Position numbers and translations under genes: made by a program. DNA of 64,000 bases from Waddliaceae bacterium (GTDB lineage Bacteria > Chlamydiota > Chlamydiia > Chlamydiales > SLFE01), in NCBI GenBank assembly GCA_963783885.1, contig CAWAPJ010000010.1, positions 32,001 to 96,000 on the forward strand. The letters run 5' to 3'. Shown here piece after piece: positions 28,823-38,922 of the stretch. The notes under the pieces were generated by a model. That model ran no database searches and had not been told where the DNA came from. It saw only the letters and a list, made by a program, of their open reading frames with translations. Numbering within the stretch: position 1 is the first letter of the stretch; each line of letters begins with the position of its first letter.

Positions 28823-30199
28823 ATGCAAAAACAAAGAGAGCATTGGAGCTCGCAAATTGGATTTATTTTGGCCGCGGCAGGATCTGCTATCGGCCTGGGA
28901 ACTCTATGGAAGTTCCCTTATGTCACCGGCCAAAATGGCGGAGGGCTGTTTGTTTTCGTCTATGTTTTTTGCACATTTTTTGTTGCCGTTCCTCTTTTTA
29001 TGGCCGAGCTGACTCTTGGAAGACGGGCGCAGCGGGGAGCGGTCGGGGTTTTCGCAAGCCTGTCGTCTAACTCGACGGTCTGGAAATCTGCGGGTTGGAT
29101 CGGTGTGGCTTCTTCGTTTTTAATTATGACCTACTACAGCGTTCTTGCCGGCTGGGGGCTCAACTACATTCTGATGTCTTTGAATCAGTTTTGGATCGGA
29201 AAATCGCCCGCGGAAATAACGCAGACCTTCGACATTCTCCAGGCTTCTGGGAGCATTACCCTTTTTTGGCAGGCTCTTTTTGTTATTTTAACCGTTGGTT
29301 TGGTCTACCCTGGCATTCGGCATGGTATCGAATACTGGAGCCGGTTCATGACTACCGGACTCCTCATTATCCTTGTCGGCCTCTGTTTATACAGCCTTAC
29401 CCTGGACGGATTTTCCGAGGCGCTTGATTTTATCTTCACTCCCAGCGCTAAAAAAATGAAGCCTTCGGGATTTTTAGAAGCCTTGGGACTTTCATTTTTT
29501 ACTCTTAGCCTGGGTCAGGGAATCATGCTCACATACGGCAGCTACTTAAGGCGCGAAGATGATATTCCCAAAACCGGCCTTGTCGTCGGCACAATGATTT
29601 TGATTGTCGCATGTCTTGCGTCTATGACGATCTTTCCCGTACTTTTTACCTTCGACCAGCCTCCCGAGGCGGGTCCCGGACTGGTTTTTAAGGCCTTGCC
29701 TTTGCTTTTTGCTAAATTACCGGGGTCTTTGCTCCTCTCGACTACTTTTTTCACGCTTTTTGTTTTTACTGCCTTAACGTCGGCTATGCCTTTGATAGAA
29801 GTTCCGGCGGCCAACTTTATGGATCTTTTCGGGTGGTCTCGGAAGAAGTCGGTCTTGATTGTCGGGACGGCTGTTTTTATAGCAGGCATTCCTTCCGCTC
29901 TTTCAGGAACCAACTTCCTCTTTCCCGAGTGGGAGCAGATTTACGGAAAAACATTCTTCGCAACCATTGACGAGCTTGTTTCCGTTTGGCTGATACCTAT
30001 TGGCGGATTTATGACTGTCATTTTTACCGGGTGGTTTTTAGACTTGTCCATGCTAAAAAAAGAATTTCAGGAAGGGTCGAAACTCCAGTGGCTTTGGCTC
30101 CCCTGGGTATTTTTCATCCGATGGGTGGCCCCTATCGCCATTGCAGCAATCCTGCTGCAAATGGCCGGCATTGTCAATTTTGACAAATGGTTCTCATAA
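28823..30199 (+). CDS. Sodium-dependent transporter (NSS/SNF family)
   Basis: REHWSS...AGSAIGLGTLWKFPY, NGGGLF, FFTLSLG, TYGSY, GPGLVF. Confidence 0.93.
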   Translation: MQKQREHWSSQIGFILAAAGSAIGLGTLWKFPYVTGQNGGGLFVFVYVFCTFFVAVPLFMAELTLGRRAQRGAVGVFASLSSNSTVWKSAGWIGVASSFLIMTYYSVLAGWGLNYILMSLNQFWIGKSPAEITQTFDILQASGSITLFWQALFVILTVGLVYPGIRHGIEYWSRFMTTGLLIILVGLCLYSLTLDGFSEALDFIFTPSAKKMKPSGFLEALGLSFFTLSLGQGIMLTYGSYLRREDDIPKTGLVVGTMILIVACLASMTIFPVLFTFDQPPEAGPGLVFKALPLLFAKLPGSLLLSTTFFTLFVFTALTSAMPLIEVPAANFMDLFGWSRKKSVLIVGTAVFIAGIPSALSGTNFLFPEWEQIYGKTFFATIDELVSVWLIPIGGFMTVIFTGWFLDLSMLKKEFQEGSKLQWLWLPWVFFIRWVAPIAIAAILLQMAGIVNFDKWFS

Positions 30200-30318
30200 T
30201 CAAAGCTATAAGTTTCGTTTTCATTCTTTTTTTTAGAAAAATATCTTGATGTTTTCCTCATGTCCCCCTAAACATTAGTGTATAAAGACTTTTCGCATCT
30301 TTTGCGTAAGGAGAGATT

Positions 30319-32151
30319 ATGGATTGCAATTCCATCAGGATAGGCGGCTCTATACAAGGCTCTTTGAACGGGTTGGAAAAGATTTACAACAGCCTGGATT
30401 CTTTAAAGGCCATAGAGCCGGGATGCTACTATTATTATGATTCAGAAACAAAAGAGTTTTATCAGCATCTCCATAGTGCTAAAAAGGGAATCGAAAGCTG
30501 GACAGGCGGCAAAGGATATATTACGAGCCTTTTTGAGGTGGGCCTCCAGCCGCTCTCCCGTGCTTTATTTACCAGGGAAAACTATAAACTATTATCCGAC
30601 GGTATTCAGTCTGTTTACGATTCGGTTATCAATAAAATAAAGGAAATCGAGTATTCCTCAGTTGAGCCCGGTGTGCCTGCTCTCGACAGGGAATATGTGT
30701 TGAAGAAGGTGGAGAAACTTGACAGAAAGGTTCGTGATGCAGCCGAAGGGGTTCACACGCTGACAACGCTTTACAAAAACCAGAAATACAAAAGTGATGC
30801 GTTTTTGCATCATTGGAAACAGTTTACTAAAACACTACCTAAAAAAGTTCAAGCAGTCAGTGACAAAATCTTGAGACAGAAAGTTTTGGATGAAGAGTTG
30901 GCAAAAGATAATTGGTGTAAGCAGGAAAGACAAAGAAAGTTGGCTCAGGATAAAAAAGAGAGGCAAAAATTAGGGGATAGAAATCGCAGGTTATTGGAAG
31001 AAGCAGAAAGAAAGCGGGCCAGAGAATTTTTGCAAAATGAGAAGCAACAAGTGGATCCCAGAACGGGTTTCTCTCGTAAAGATGTTGAAAAGATTGGACG
31101 GTTTTTAAGCAATTATCGAACAAAGAATAATGCCCTTTTGGAAAAAAAAATGAGAGAAGATCCTCTCAATCCTTTTTTGTATTTGTGCCCCAAAACAACG
31201 GGTATCGATTGGACTCTACAGTATTGGAATGATAAAATAGTCGTTCTTTTATCGGACTTGATTGGCAAGGGCGATTATAAAATAGTTGAAAAATCAATTG
31301 AATTTATACCTGAAGAGGAAGCTTTGGGTAAAATTCTTGCAAACGCTACTTCGGCCATTTTTCCTTCAGAAGATCATAATAATAAGGTGGCTCAAAACGA
31401 AAGACATTTTTTGAATAAGTTTCTATATAACAAGGATCTAAAGAAATATCGATGCCTGAGGGGATTTGTGAGGGTTAAGAAAATTTCCAGCTGTGAACTT
31501 CGCAATCGGACGAAACTGCAGTCTATATTAATGAAATATTACAATCTGGGAAGTTTGGACAAATTTATCAAGGATAAGAGGCTCACGAGAGAAAAAAAAC
31601 ATATAATATTTCTAGATATTCTTCATGCCCTTGTTCTGATTCATAGGAACAATGTTATTCATAATAAGATTATTCCAGATAACATTCTTTTGGAAAACAC
31701 CTCCAAGCTAGCAATAAAAAATGGGATTAGCGCTGCACTTTGCGACTTTGGATTTTGCTGCGAAAGCTCTGAGCCTAAAGCCGCTGGGCGGCTCTATTAC
31801 ACCGCTCCCGAAGTCATAACCGCAATGTATCGGTCTAATGAATATGTAAAAAAAATCACCAAAAAGGCCGATATCTGGTCTTTTGGCTGCACACTGTGGG
31901 CCCTGTATGTCGGAGAAAATACGCCCTGGATGAAACTCATCCAGGAGAACGAAAATAAATTATCTCAAGAGGCGATTGAGTTGATGAACCGCGAAGATGC
32001 CATCGACGAGCCCGAAAAAGAGACAATCAAACACCTCATTTGGACGATGATGAGGCCGAATCCGGACGACAGGCCTACTGCTTTTGAGGTTATGAAACAG
32101 TTGAACTGGCTCCTGCAGGAAGTCGAGGTGATACAGGAAATTCCCTCTTGA
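30319..32151 (+). CDS. Ser/Thr protein kinase-fold protein, probably a pseudokinase
   Basis: IGKGDYKIV, DFG, YTAPE, ADIWSFG and RPTA present; catalytic loop reads IHNKIIPDN. Confidence 0.8.
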   Translation: MDCNSIRIGGSIQGSLNGLEKIYNSLDSLKAIEPGCYYYYDSETKEFYQHLHSAKKGIESWTGGKGYITSLFEVGLQPLSRALFTRENYKLLSDGIQSVYDSVINKIKEIEYSSVEPGVPALDREYVLKKVEKLDRKVRDAAEGVHTLTTLYKNQKYKSDAFLHHWKQFTKTLPKKVQAVSDKILRQKVLDEELAKDNWCKQERQRKLAQDKKERQKLGDRNRRLLEEAERKRAREFLQNEKQQVDPRTGFSRKDVEKIGRFLSNYRTKNNALLEKKMREDPLNPFLYLCPKTTGIDWTLQYWNDKIVVLLSDLIGKGDYKIVEKSIEFIPEEEALGKILANATSAIFPSEDHNNKVAQNERHFLNKFLYNKDLKKYRCLRGFVRVKKISSCELRNRTKLQSILMKYYNLGSLDKFIKDKRLTREKKHIIFLDILHALVLIHRNNVIHNKIIPDNILLENTSKLAIKNGISAALCDFGFCCESSEPKAAGRLYYTAPEVITAMYRSNEYVKKITKKADIWSFGCTLWALYVGENTPWMKLIQENENKLSQEAIELMNREDAIDEPEKETIKHLIWTMMRPNPDDRPTAFEVMKQLNWLLQEVEVIQEIPS

Positions 32152-32274
32152 TAAAAACGGACTGTTGAGGTAGTCTATTTACATTAGAGAGAGAAATACA
32201 GCGGCTTTTGGTAGTTTATGCAAAGCCTCAAGGAATTAGAATTAAATTTTTTGTTTAACAACTAAGGAATAGTA

Positions 32275-32469
32275 ATGGTGCGAGTAAGAGTTCGGCCCGG
32301 CGAACCGATTGATAAAGCTCTTCGTTCATTAAAGAAGAAGCTTGATAAAGAAGGGGTAATGAAAGCGGTTAAAGCCCATCGGTATTATCTGAAGCCTTCG
32401 GTAAAAAAACGGGCTAAATCCAAAGCGGCGAAAAAATATCAGAAACAGCGCGACCAAAGACAACGCTAG
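32275..32469 (+). CDS. rpsU: 30S ribosomal protein S21
   Basis: [14 protein letters not shown]...[10 protein letters not shown]. Confidence 0.95.
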   Translation: MVRVRVRPGEPIDKALRSLKKKLDKEGVMKAVKAHRYYLKPSVKKRAKSKAAKKYQKQRDQRQR

Positions 32470-32482
32470 CATTCGCTATCTT

Positions 32483-32521
32483 AACGCTAAAATCGTCACT
32501 CAATATTAAGATTTTAGCGTT
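32483..32521 (+). terminator. Stem-loop after rpsU
   Basis: AACGCTAAAATC...GATTTTAGCGTT 12-bp stem followed by GTTTT. Confidence 0.45.
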
Positions 32522-32578
32522 GTTTTGTCGTTAAACTTTTAAAACTTCCTCCAAGGAAAATACTCGCGGGGGTAAACG

Positions 32579-33751
32579 ATGCAAAATGCTATGGCAGATT
32601 ATTACGAGATCTTAGGGATTTCAAAAGAGGCAACTTCAGAAGAAATCAAGAAGGCTTATCGTAAAAAAGCCCTAAAATTCCATCCTGACAAAAACCCCGG
32701 CGATTCTGATGCTGAAAAGAGATTTAAAGAGATTTCGGAAGCTTATGAGGTACTGAGCGACAAAGACAAGCGCCGCATGTACGATCAGTATGGCAAAGCG
32801 GGTCTTGAAGGAGCCGGAATGGGCGCCGGCGGCCCGGGATTCTCTTCCATGGAAGAGGCGCTCCGCACGTTTATGGGGGCGTTCGGCGGCATGGGCTCCG
32901 ATAATATTTTCGACTCATTTTTCACGGCTGGAGGAATGGGACCCGGTTCTGCCGGCCGCACTCATCGTCAGCAGGGCGCCAGCAAGCGGGTGAACATTAC
33001 AGTCTCTTTCGAAGAAGCTGCCAAAGGGGTTGATAAAGAGCTCGTTATCTCCACGAATATCACATGCCATACCTGCCGGGGATCCGGAGCCGCATCCTCC
33101 GATTCGATCCAGACATGTCCCCGCTGTCATGGGCAAGGGCAAATTTTTGAACAGCGCGGCTTTTTCAGCATGTCCATGACCTGTCCCGAGTGTCAAGGGG
33201 AAGGGCAGGTCATTAAAGAACCTTGCAAAACCTGCCGCGGTCAGGGGATGACAAAAGAAAAGCAGCATGTCAAGGTTCATATTCCGCCGGGAGTCGACAG
33301 CGGAATGAGATTGAAAGTGAGCGGTTATGGCGACGCGGGATTCGGCGGAGGCCCTCCGGGTGATTTATATGTCTTTATCAACGTCAAACCTCACGAACTC
33401 TTTGACCGTTCCGGAGACGACGTTATCCTTGACCTGCCGATTTCATTCCCCGAAGCCGCTTTGGGATGCAAGAAAGAAGTTCCTTCGGTCATCGGGCACA
33501 CATGCCGCATATCGATCCCCGAAGGGACGCAGAACGGCAAAATTCTTCGTGTCAGGGGCGAGGGTTTTCCCAATGTTCACGGATCCGGCAAGGGAGATCT
33601 TCTCGTCCGTATCTTTGTTGAAACTCCGACAAAACTTTCGGTAAAAATGAAAGAGATGCTCAAAGAATTCGGAAAACTTCAGGGGCCGGCCAATCTTCCA
33701 AAAGGAAAGAGTTTCATCGACAAGATCAAAGACTTTTTTTCACCAATGTGA
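32579..33751 (+). CDS. dnaJ: Chaperone DnaJ
   Basis: J domain with HPD, G/F-rich region, four CxxCxGxG repeats. Confidence 0.97.
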   Translation: MQNAMADYYEILGISKEATSEEIKKAYRKKALKFHPDKNPGDSDAEKRFKEISEAYEVLSDKDKRRMYDQYGKAGLEGAGMGAGGPGFSSMEEALRTFMGAFGGMGSDNIFDSFFTAGGMGPGSAGRTHRQQGASKRVNITVSFEEAAKGVDKELVISTNITCHTCRGSGAASSDSIQTCPRCHGQGQIFEQRGFFSMSMTCPECQGEGQVIKEPCKTCRGQGMTKEKQHVKVHIPPGVDSGMRLKVSGYGDAGFGGGPPGDLYVFINVKPHELFDRSGDDVILDLPISFPEAALGCKKEVPSVIGHTCRISIPEGTQNGKILRVRGEGFPNVHGSGKGDLLVRIFVETPTKLSVKMKEMLKEFGKLQGPANLPKGKSFIDKIKDFFSPM

Positions 33752-33803
33752 TTGCTAAAAACTTAGCGATCGTGTACCTTCCTGAAGTTTTTAGGGGGTA
33801 AGC

Positions 33804-34592
33804 ATGTATGTCGAATTAAAGAATGTTTTTGTCGACACCAATAATGCCGAAAAAAGTATCAGCCGAGATCTGGCGCATAATGCGAAAAATGAATTAAAAT
33901 GGAACTATCAGTCATTTATTAATGAAAGATATTTACCAAAAGGATTAACGTTAAATGATATTGTTGATGTTAAAAATTCTCCTCCAAAGAACGAACGGGA
34001 AAAAATTTGCCGTCGAACTTGTCAAAAAGGTGGAAAATACTGTACATCTCTGATAATCAACACTTCTGATGAACCTAAAACAAGCAAATGCCGCGGTATG
34101 TTTTTGGGTTTTGTCATTTCACCCAAAACCTGCAGATTGATCTCCAAATACTTTGTTGGACTGAAAAAGCTGACACTGAATTGCACTTTGGATAAAATAT
34201 CCCTCAAAATTCTATGCGGCGGTTCCCTGAATAAACTCGAACACCTCAAATTGCATGATTGTTTCTGGCTCACGGACAGGTCATTGAGGTATTTGGAAAA
34301 ACTTCCTCTGAAGAAGTTACAATTGAATAGATCAGGAAATATCAAGAAGGGGGTGTTGCATTTATCAAAATCTACAACGCTAAAAAATGTTGAGCTTGCT
34401 AATTTTTTAAAAGTAAATAATAAACTATTTCTCAAATTATTAACTGATCTGGCCTATCAGGCAACGTCCGTTTCTGTAAGGGGAAAATGCAAAGTCATTT
34501 TAAATGAGAAATTGGAAGAGGCGGTAAAAACAATGCTTGTAGATGACCAAATAAAAAGAGTGAAAATACATGGGACAACCATTGTCGTCTAA
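33804..34592 (+). CDS. Hypothetical leucine-rich-repeat-like protein
   Basis: LKKLTL, LEHLKLHDCFWLTDRSLRYL, LKKLQL, LKNVEL repeats. Confidence 0.6.
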   Translation: MYVELKNVFVDTNNAEKSISRDLAHNAKNELKWNYQSFINERYLPKGLTLNDIVDVKNSPPKNEREKICRRTCQKGGKYCTSLIINTSDEPKTSKCRGMFLGFVISPKTCRLISKYFVGLKKLTLNCTLDKISLKILCGGSLNKLEHLKLHDCFWLTDRSLRYLEKLPLKKLQLNRSGNIKKGVLHLSKSTTLKNVELANFLKVNNKLFLKLLTDLAYQATSVSVRGKCKVILNEKLEEAVKTMLVDDQIKRVKIHGTTIVV

Positions 34593-35457
34593 TTTATCTG
34601 CAGCAGAACAAGCACTGATCAATCATGTGTATAACCGCGGCACCGCAAGATATGCGGCGTTTCCTCTTCCAGGCGAGGACATAAGTAATTATGAAATAAG
34701 GAAAGAAGCGGCTCCCTTTTTTGACCAATGCCTTTCTACAAAAAGTGTTGGAATCAAGGCGTTGAAAAAGGGGGGAAGGGATATCAAAAGTCTATCGCTC
34801 AAGAAGCCTAAAGCAAAAGCCCATTTTTATAAGGGAGAAAAGCGGGTTAAGGGGTATCGATATTCACAATTTATTTTATCGATAAAATCCGGGAAGATAA
34901 TGGCTAGGTATTGTCAAAACCTAACCTATCTTTCGGTCCATTTTCAGATCACCGACAAAGCTCTCGCCCCTCTTTGTAAGCTGAGGGCGATATCGGTACT
35001 TGAATTAAACGATTGCCGCCTTTTGACACCCGAGGCGTTGAATTCAGTTTCAAAAATGGCGCCTCTTGAAAAGCTTGTATTGCGCCGGTCTGAAACATTG
35101 GGAGATCGCGGTGATCGGCTGGCTCTTCTTGGTAAATTAAATTCCCTGACCGATTTGAAGATCGGAGATTTTATTCAATTGAATCTAGAAACCGTTCTGA
35201 CAATGCTAAGATCGTTGAATCTTGCAAAGTTAAATAAGTTTACGATTGAATCCTTTCATGACATCATTTTAAATTCTCTCATGCGCTGTTGTATAAAGAA
35301 TATTCTTAAAAAAATAAAGTCCCCGACACTTGTCAAAATTCAAAAAAAATCAACTTTGGTTGCAGAGATTAATCGGGATTTGCGCCTTTCTCAGGAAGAG
35401 ATCAAACTTATCAGAAAGGAAAAAAAGATCCGGAAGTGGCACAAGATCTCAATCTAA
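34570..35457 (+). CDS. Hypothetical leucine-rich-repeat-like protein (probable paralog of the preceding gene)
   Basis: YCQNLTYLSV, ITDKAL, LELNDCRLLT, LEKLVL, LTDLKI. Confidence 0.6.
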   Translation: MGQPLSSNLSAAEQALINHVYNRGTARYAAFPLPGEDISNYEIRKEAAPFFDQCLSTKSVGIKALKKGGRDIKSLSLKKPKAKAHFYKGEKRVKGYRYSQFILSIKSGKIMARYCQNLTYLSVHFQITDKALAPLCKLRAISVLELNDCRLLTPEALNSVSKMAPLEKLVLRRSETLGDRGDRLALLGKLNSLTDLKIGDFIQLNLETVLTMLRSLNLAKLNKFTIESFHDIILNSLMRCCIKNILKKIKSPTLVKIQKKSTLVAEINRDLRLSQEEIKLIRKEKKIRKWHKISI

Positions 35458-36227
35458 AAAGCTACGGCTTTGCTTACGCGGTCTTGCGGAGCGATGCTTA
35501 AATCAATTTGTTTTCCCTTGTTTCTGAGAGTCTGTGCGACGATGCTGAGCGCTGTTTCGGGCGTGTTGCATTCGCTCGACAGGTGGGCCAGGTGAACATG
35601 CTTGAGCTTGGGATGCCACACATCGGAAAGCAGATCGCCGCACTCATGATTGGAGAGGTGCCCCTGACGTCCCAACACCCTTTGTTTGTATAACTGAGAG
35701 CGGGGAGAGGCGTGGACCATGGAAGGTTGGTGGTTGGCTTCCAAATAGAGGTAATCACATCCCTTAAGGTGATGTTTGACAAGAGGCGTGACAAATCCGA
35801 GATCTGCGCAAAATCCTATTTTCAGACTGCCGGTTCTCACGGTAAAGGCGACGGGATCGAGGGTATCGTGCATCACGCTAAACGGCTGGATTTCAAGATC
35901 GCCATATTCAAACGTTTCACCTGTTGTGAAGATTTTGAATTTGGGACAGTCGTGAAAGGTTTCGACAATGCCTTTGGCGGTTTCAGTATTGGCAAAAACA
36001 GGGATGCCATATCTATACGCCAAGACTTTCAGCCCTTGGATATGGTCGCCGTGGTCGTGGGTCACTAAAATGGCGTCGATGTCCGAGAGGTCGACATTGA
36101 TTTCGGCAAGCCGTGTTTTGACAGCTTTTCCGCTGATTCCGGCATCGATCAGGATTTTTGTATTTTCCGTGCCGAAATAGATGCAGTTCCCTTTTGATCC
36201 TGAGGCGAGGGGGCAGAATCCTTTCAT
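35454..36227 (-). CDS. MBL-fold metallo-hydrolase (YycJ/WalJ-like)
   Basis: LASGSKGN, THDHGDH, HD, LEANH, GHLSN, HLS. Confidence 0.9.
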   Translation of the reverse strand: MKGFCPLASGSKGNCIYFGTENTKILIDAGISGKAVKTRLAEINVDLSDIDAILVTHDHGDHIQGLKVLAYRYGIPVFANTETAKGIVETFHDCPKFKIFTTGETFEYGDLEIQPFSVMHDTLDPVAFTVRTGSLKIGFCADLGFVTPLVKHHLKGCDYLYLEANHQPSMVHASPRSQLYKQRVLGRQGHLSNHECGDLLSDVWHPKLKHVHLAHLSSECNTPETALSIVAQTLRNKGKQIDLSIAPQDRVSKAVAF

Positions 36228-38665
36228 GTTTTCTCCGTTTGATCTTGGGAAGCGATCAGGATTTGCCTCGCCTTGCTGCCGTCGGGGGGGCTGACTACCC
36301 CTCCCTCTTCAAGCTGGTCCATGAGGCTGGCTGCCCGGGCGTAGCCGATTTTCAGTTTCCGCTGCAAAAACGTTGTCGAGGCGTTTCCGGTGCTGAGAAT
36401 CACATCCAATGCCTGTTCGTAGAGGCTGTCGCGTTCATTCGATGGAGGATCAAACAGGTCCAGCCCCGGCTGATCCGATACGTTTTGGAAAGAGGGAATG
36501 CGGTAGTTCGGCGGTGCTTGCTCGGTGATGTGTTTGATTACCTCGAGGATGTCCTGGTCGCGTATAAAAGCCCCCTGTACGCGCGAGAGGTTCGCCGTTC
36601 CGGGGGGGAGGAAGAGCATATCGCCGTTGCCGAGAAGCTGCTCGCCTCCTGTAGTGTCCAAAATGATTTTGCTGTTAATGCCGCTTGAAACTTTGAAGCA
36701 GATGCGGGTTGGGAAGTTGGCTTTGATCAGTCCGGTGATCACTTCCCGCGATGGTCTTTGCGTTGCCAGAATCAAATGGATGCCGACAGCTCTTGCCATT
36801 TGGGCGATCCTGGCGATAGGGGTTTCGATATCGTGGCTCGAGACCATCATCAGGTCGGCAAGTTCGTCGATAATACCAACGATATAAGGTAATTTTTCCG
36901 GAATATCGATTTTGAGTTCTTTTTCCCTTTCGTAGTCGGGCGTGCGGCAATTAAAGGAGTCAATATTCCTCAAGTGGAGCTTGCCTAGAATTTCGTATCG
37001 TTTTTCCATCTCTTTTACAAGCCACTGCATCGCCGTGTAAGCTTCCTGAGGGTTTGTAATGACCGGAGCGATCATATGGGGAAGACGCGAGTAGGGTGTC
37101 AGTTCGACCTTTTTCGGGTCGATCATCAAAAGCTGGATTTCATCCGGTTTTGCGGTGTAAACAATCGACATGACGATTGTATTGATGCAAACTGATTTTC
37201 CCGAACCGGTGGCACCGGCGATAATCAAGTGGGGCATTTTTGCCAGATCGCTCATCACATAGTCGCCGCTTACCGATTTGCCGAGCAGCAGGGGAATCAT
37301 ATATTTCTTCGACTGCCTCTGATAAGCGTGAAGCATCTCCCTGAAGCTCACTTCCTGCGGATAGGGGTTGGGAACCTCGACGCCGACGGCCGCTTTTCCT
37401 GGGATGGGGGCGATAATACGAATGGAGGCGGCTTCCATATTGAGTGCGATGTCGTTTTCAAGGGCTTTGATTTTTTGCACTTTGACGCCGATTGCCGGAT
37501 GCACTTCGAATGAAGTGATCGTTGGCCCGCAGTTGATCTGTCCTACTTTGGCCTCGATTCCAAAGCTGAGAAGGGTTTCTTCCAGGACTTCGGCCTGTCT
37601 TTTCAAGTCGTTTTTGAGGGAGGCCTGATCCACATTTTTCGGAGGAGTGATTAATTGTGTTCCGGGAAGTTTGAACTTTTTAAAATCGCCGTTCCATACC
37701 GACTGTGCTGTCAAGGCGGCTTCCCGTTTTGAGAGTTTTGGCTTTGGCGGAGTCGTCGTCTCTTCGCGGCAAAATGTCGGAGCGATAGCGGGATCGATCA
37801 CTCTTTTATGAGAGAGGGAAGGCCGTTTCATCAATTCCCTTTGAGGCTCGATAGCCAGCATATCCTGATGCGCCATATTTTTTTTGGATGCAGGAGGGGT
37901 GTTTTCGATCACCTCCTGATTCCAGGAATGGTTGAATGAGGGTATGCGCAGCTTGACAAAGCGCATGAAATCGCTTTCCTGTTCTTCGATGACTTCCACT
38001 TCCGCGACTCTCCATCGTCTGAATTTCGAAGCGGCCCAGAGCAGCCCGTCGGACAGCGGAATGTTGAAAAAGAACAGTAGACTTGCGAAGAACGTACTGG
38101 TAAAAATGATCATAACGCCAACGGAATTAAATACATGGCGCAAATTCACCGAAGGAAGGTCGGCATAGAGATAGTAGAGGGGGAGGCCTCCCAGATGATA
38201 AGGGATTGCATACCTGGCGCCAGGAGGATAGAAGAATTCGGTCAGCTTTCTTCCGAATGAGGGATATTCTTCTTCGGCCAGACTGAGGAGGACGCCCAAA
38301 GAAATTGCCAGGACGACAAAATATAGGATTTTGATATTTAGGTGTTTGATTTCTTTTTCGAATAGTTTCTGCCATCCGATCCACCAGGCAAAAATACAGA
38401 CGAGGTAGCTTGTGATGCCAAGCGTGCTGTGCAGCATCCATCCTACAGTATAGCCGATGATGCCCAGCCAGTTGTGCGAGTGGTGGCCATAGGCGAAGCT
38501 GAAAAGGCTCAAAAATAGTATAAGGGCAAAGGCAAGTGTCAGAAAACCGGCGATTTCGGTCGTTTTGTGGTGGGCGTGGGGCTCGGGCTTCTTAGGGGTG
38601 TTTTCCCCCGCTTTCCGCTTTTTTCCCGTCTGCTTACGCTGTTTGTATTTCTTTTTTTTCGACAT
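36224..38665 (-). CDS. ftsK: DNA translocase FtsK
   Basis: N-terminal TMs; PHLIIAGATGSGKS, IDELADLM, ATQRPS; gamma domain LQRKLKIGYARAA. Confidence 0.96.
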   Translation of the reverse strand: MSKKKKYKQRKQTGKKRKAGENTPKKPEPHAHHKTTEIAGFLTLAFALILFLSLFSFAYGHHSHNWLGIIGYTVGWMLHSTLGITSYLVCIFAWWIGWQKLFEKEIKHLNIKILYFVVLAISLGVLLSLAEEEYPSFGRKLTEFFYPPGARYAIPYHLGGLPLYYLYADLPSVNLRHVFNSVGVMIIFTSTFFASLLFFFNIPLSDGLLWAASKFRRWRVAEVEVIEEQESDFMRFVKLRIPSFNHSWNQEVIENTPPASKKNMAHQDMLAIEPQRELMKRPSLSHKRVIDPAIAPTFCREETTTPPKPKLSKREAALTAQSVWNGDFKKFKLPGTQLITPPKNVDQASLKNDLKRQAEVLEETLLSFGIEAKVGQINCGPTITSFEVHPAIGVKVQKIKALENDIALNMEAASIRIIAPIPGKAAVGVEVPNPYPQEVSFREMLHAYQRQSKKYMIPLLLGKSVSGDYVMSDLAKMPHLIIAGATGSGKSVCINTIVMSIVYTAKPDEIQLLMIDPKKVELTPYSRLPHMIAPVITNPQEAYTAMQWLVKEMEKRYEILGKLHLRNIDSFNCRTPDYEREKELKIDIPEKLPYIVGIIDELADLMMVSSHDIETPIARIAQMARAVGIHLILATQRPSREVITGLIKANFPTRICFKVSSGINSKIILDTTGGEQLLGNGDMLFLPPGTANLSRVQGAFIRDQDILEVIKHITEQAPPNYRIPSFQNVSDQPGLDLFDPPSNERDSLYEQALDVILSTGNASTTFLQRKLKIGYARAASLMDQLEEGGVVSPPDGSKARQILIASQDQTEKT

Positions 38666-38761
38666 GCTTCCCCACCAGAAAAGAGACTACCATACAAAAT
38701 GCTTGGATTAAAATCTATATGTAACAAGCAAAGAACCTGTTGTAAAGAAAACTATAGAAAA

Positions 38762-38838
38762 TGGGGCGAACGACGGGATTCGAACCCGCGGCATCCGGAA
38801 CCACAATCCGGCGCTCTAACCCCTGAGCTACGTTCGCC
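38762..38838 (-). tRNA. tRNA-His(GTG)
   Basis: GGCGAACGTAGCTCAG...CCGGA-TTGTGGT-TCCGG...GGTTCGAATCC...CGCCCCA; G-1 and CCA are encoded. Confidence 0.96.
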
Positions 38839-38922
38839 GTAAGATCCCTATTTCCCACACTCTCTCGGGGAATTTGGGCAAGATGTTAATAATTTAGTAT
38901 CTCTTGAGATTTTAGTCAATCC

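Noticed and set aside
32470-32580. CIRCE element before dnaJ
   Set aside because: The inverted repeat present does not match TTAGCACTC-N9-GAGTGCTAA; treated as a terminator-like hairpin.
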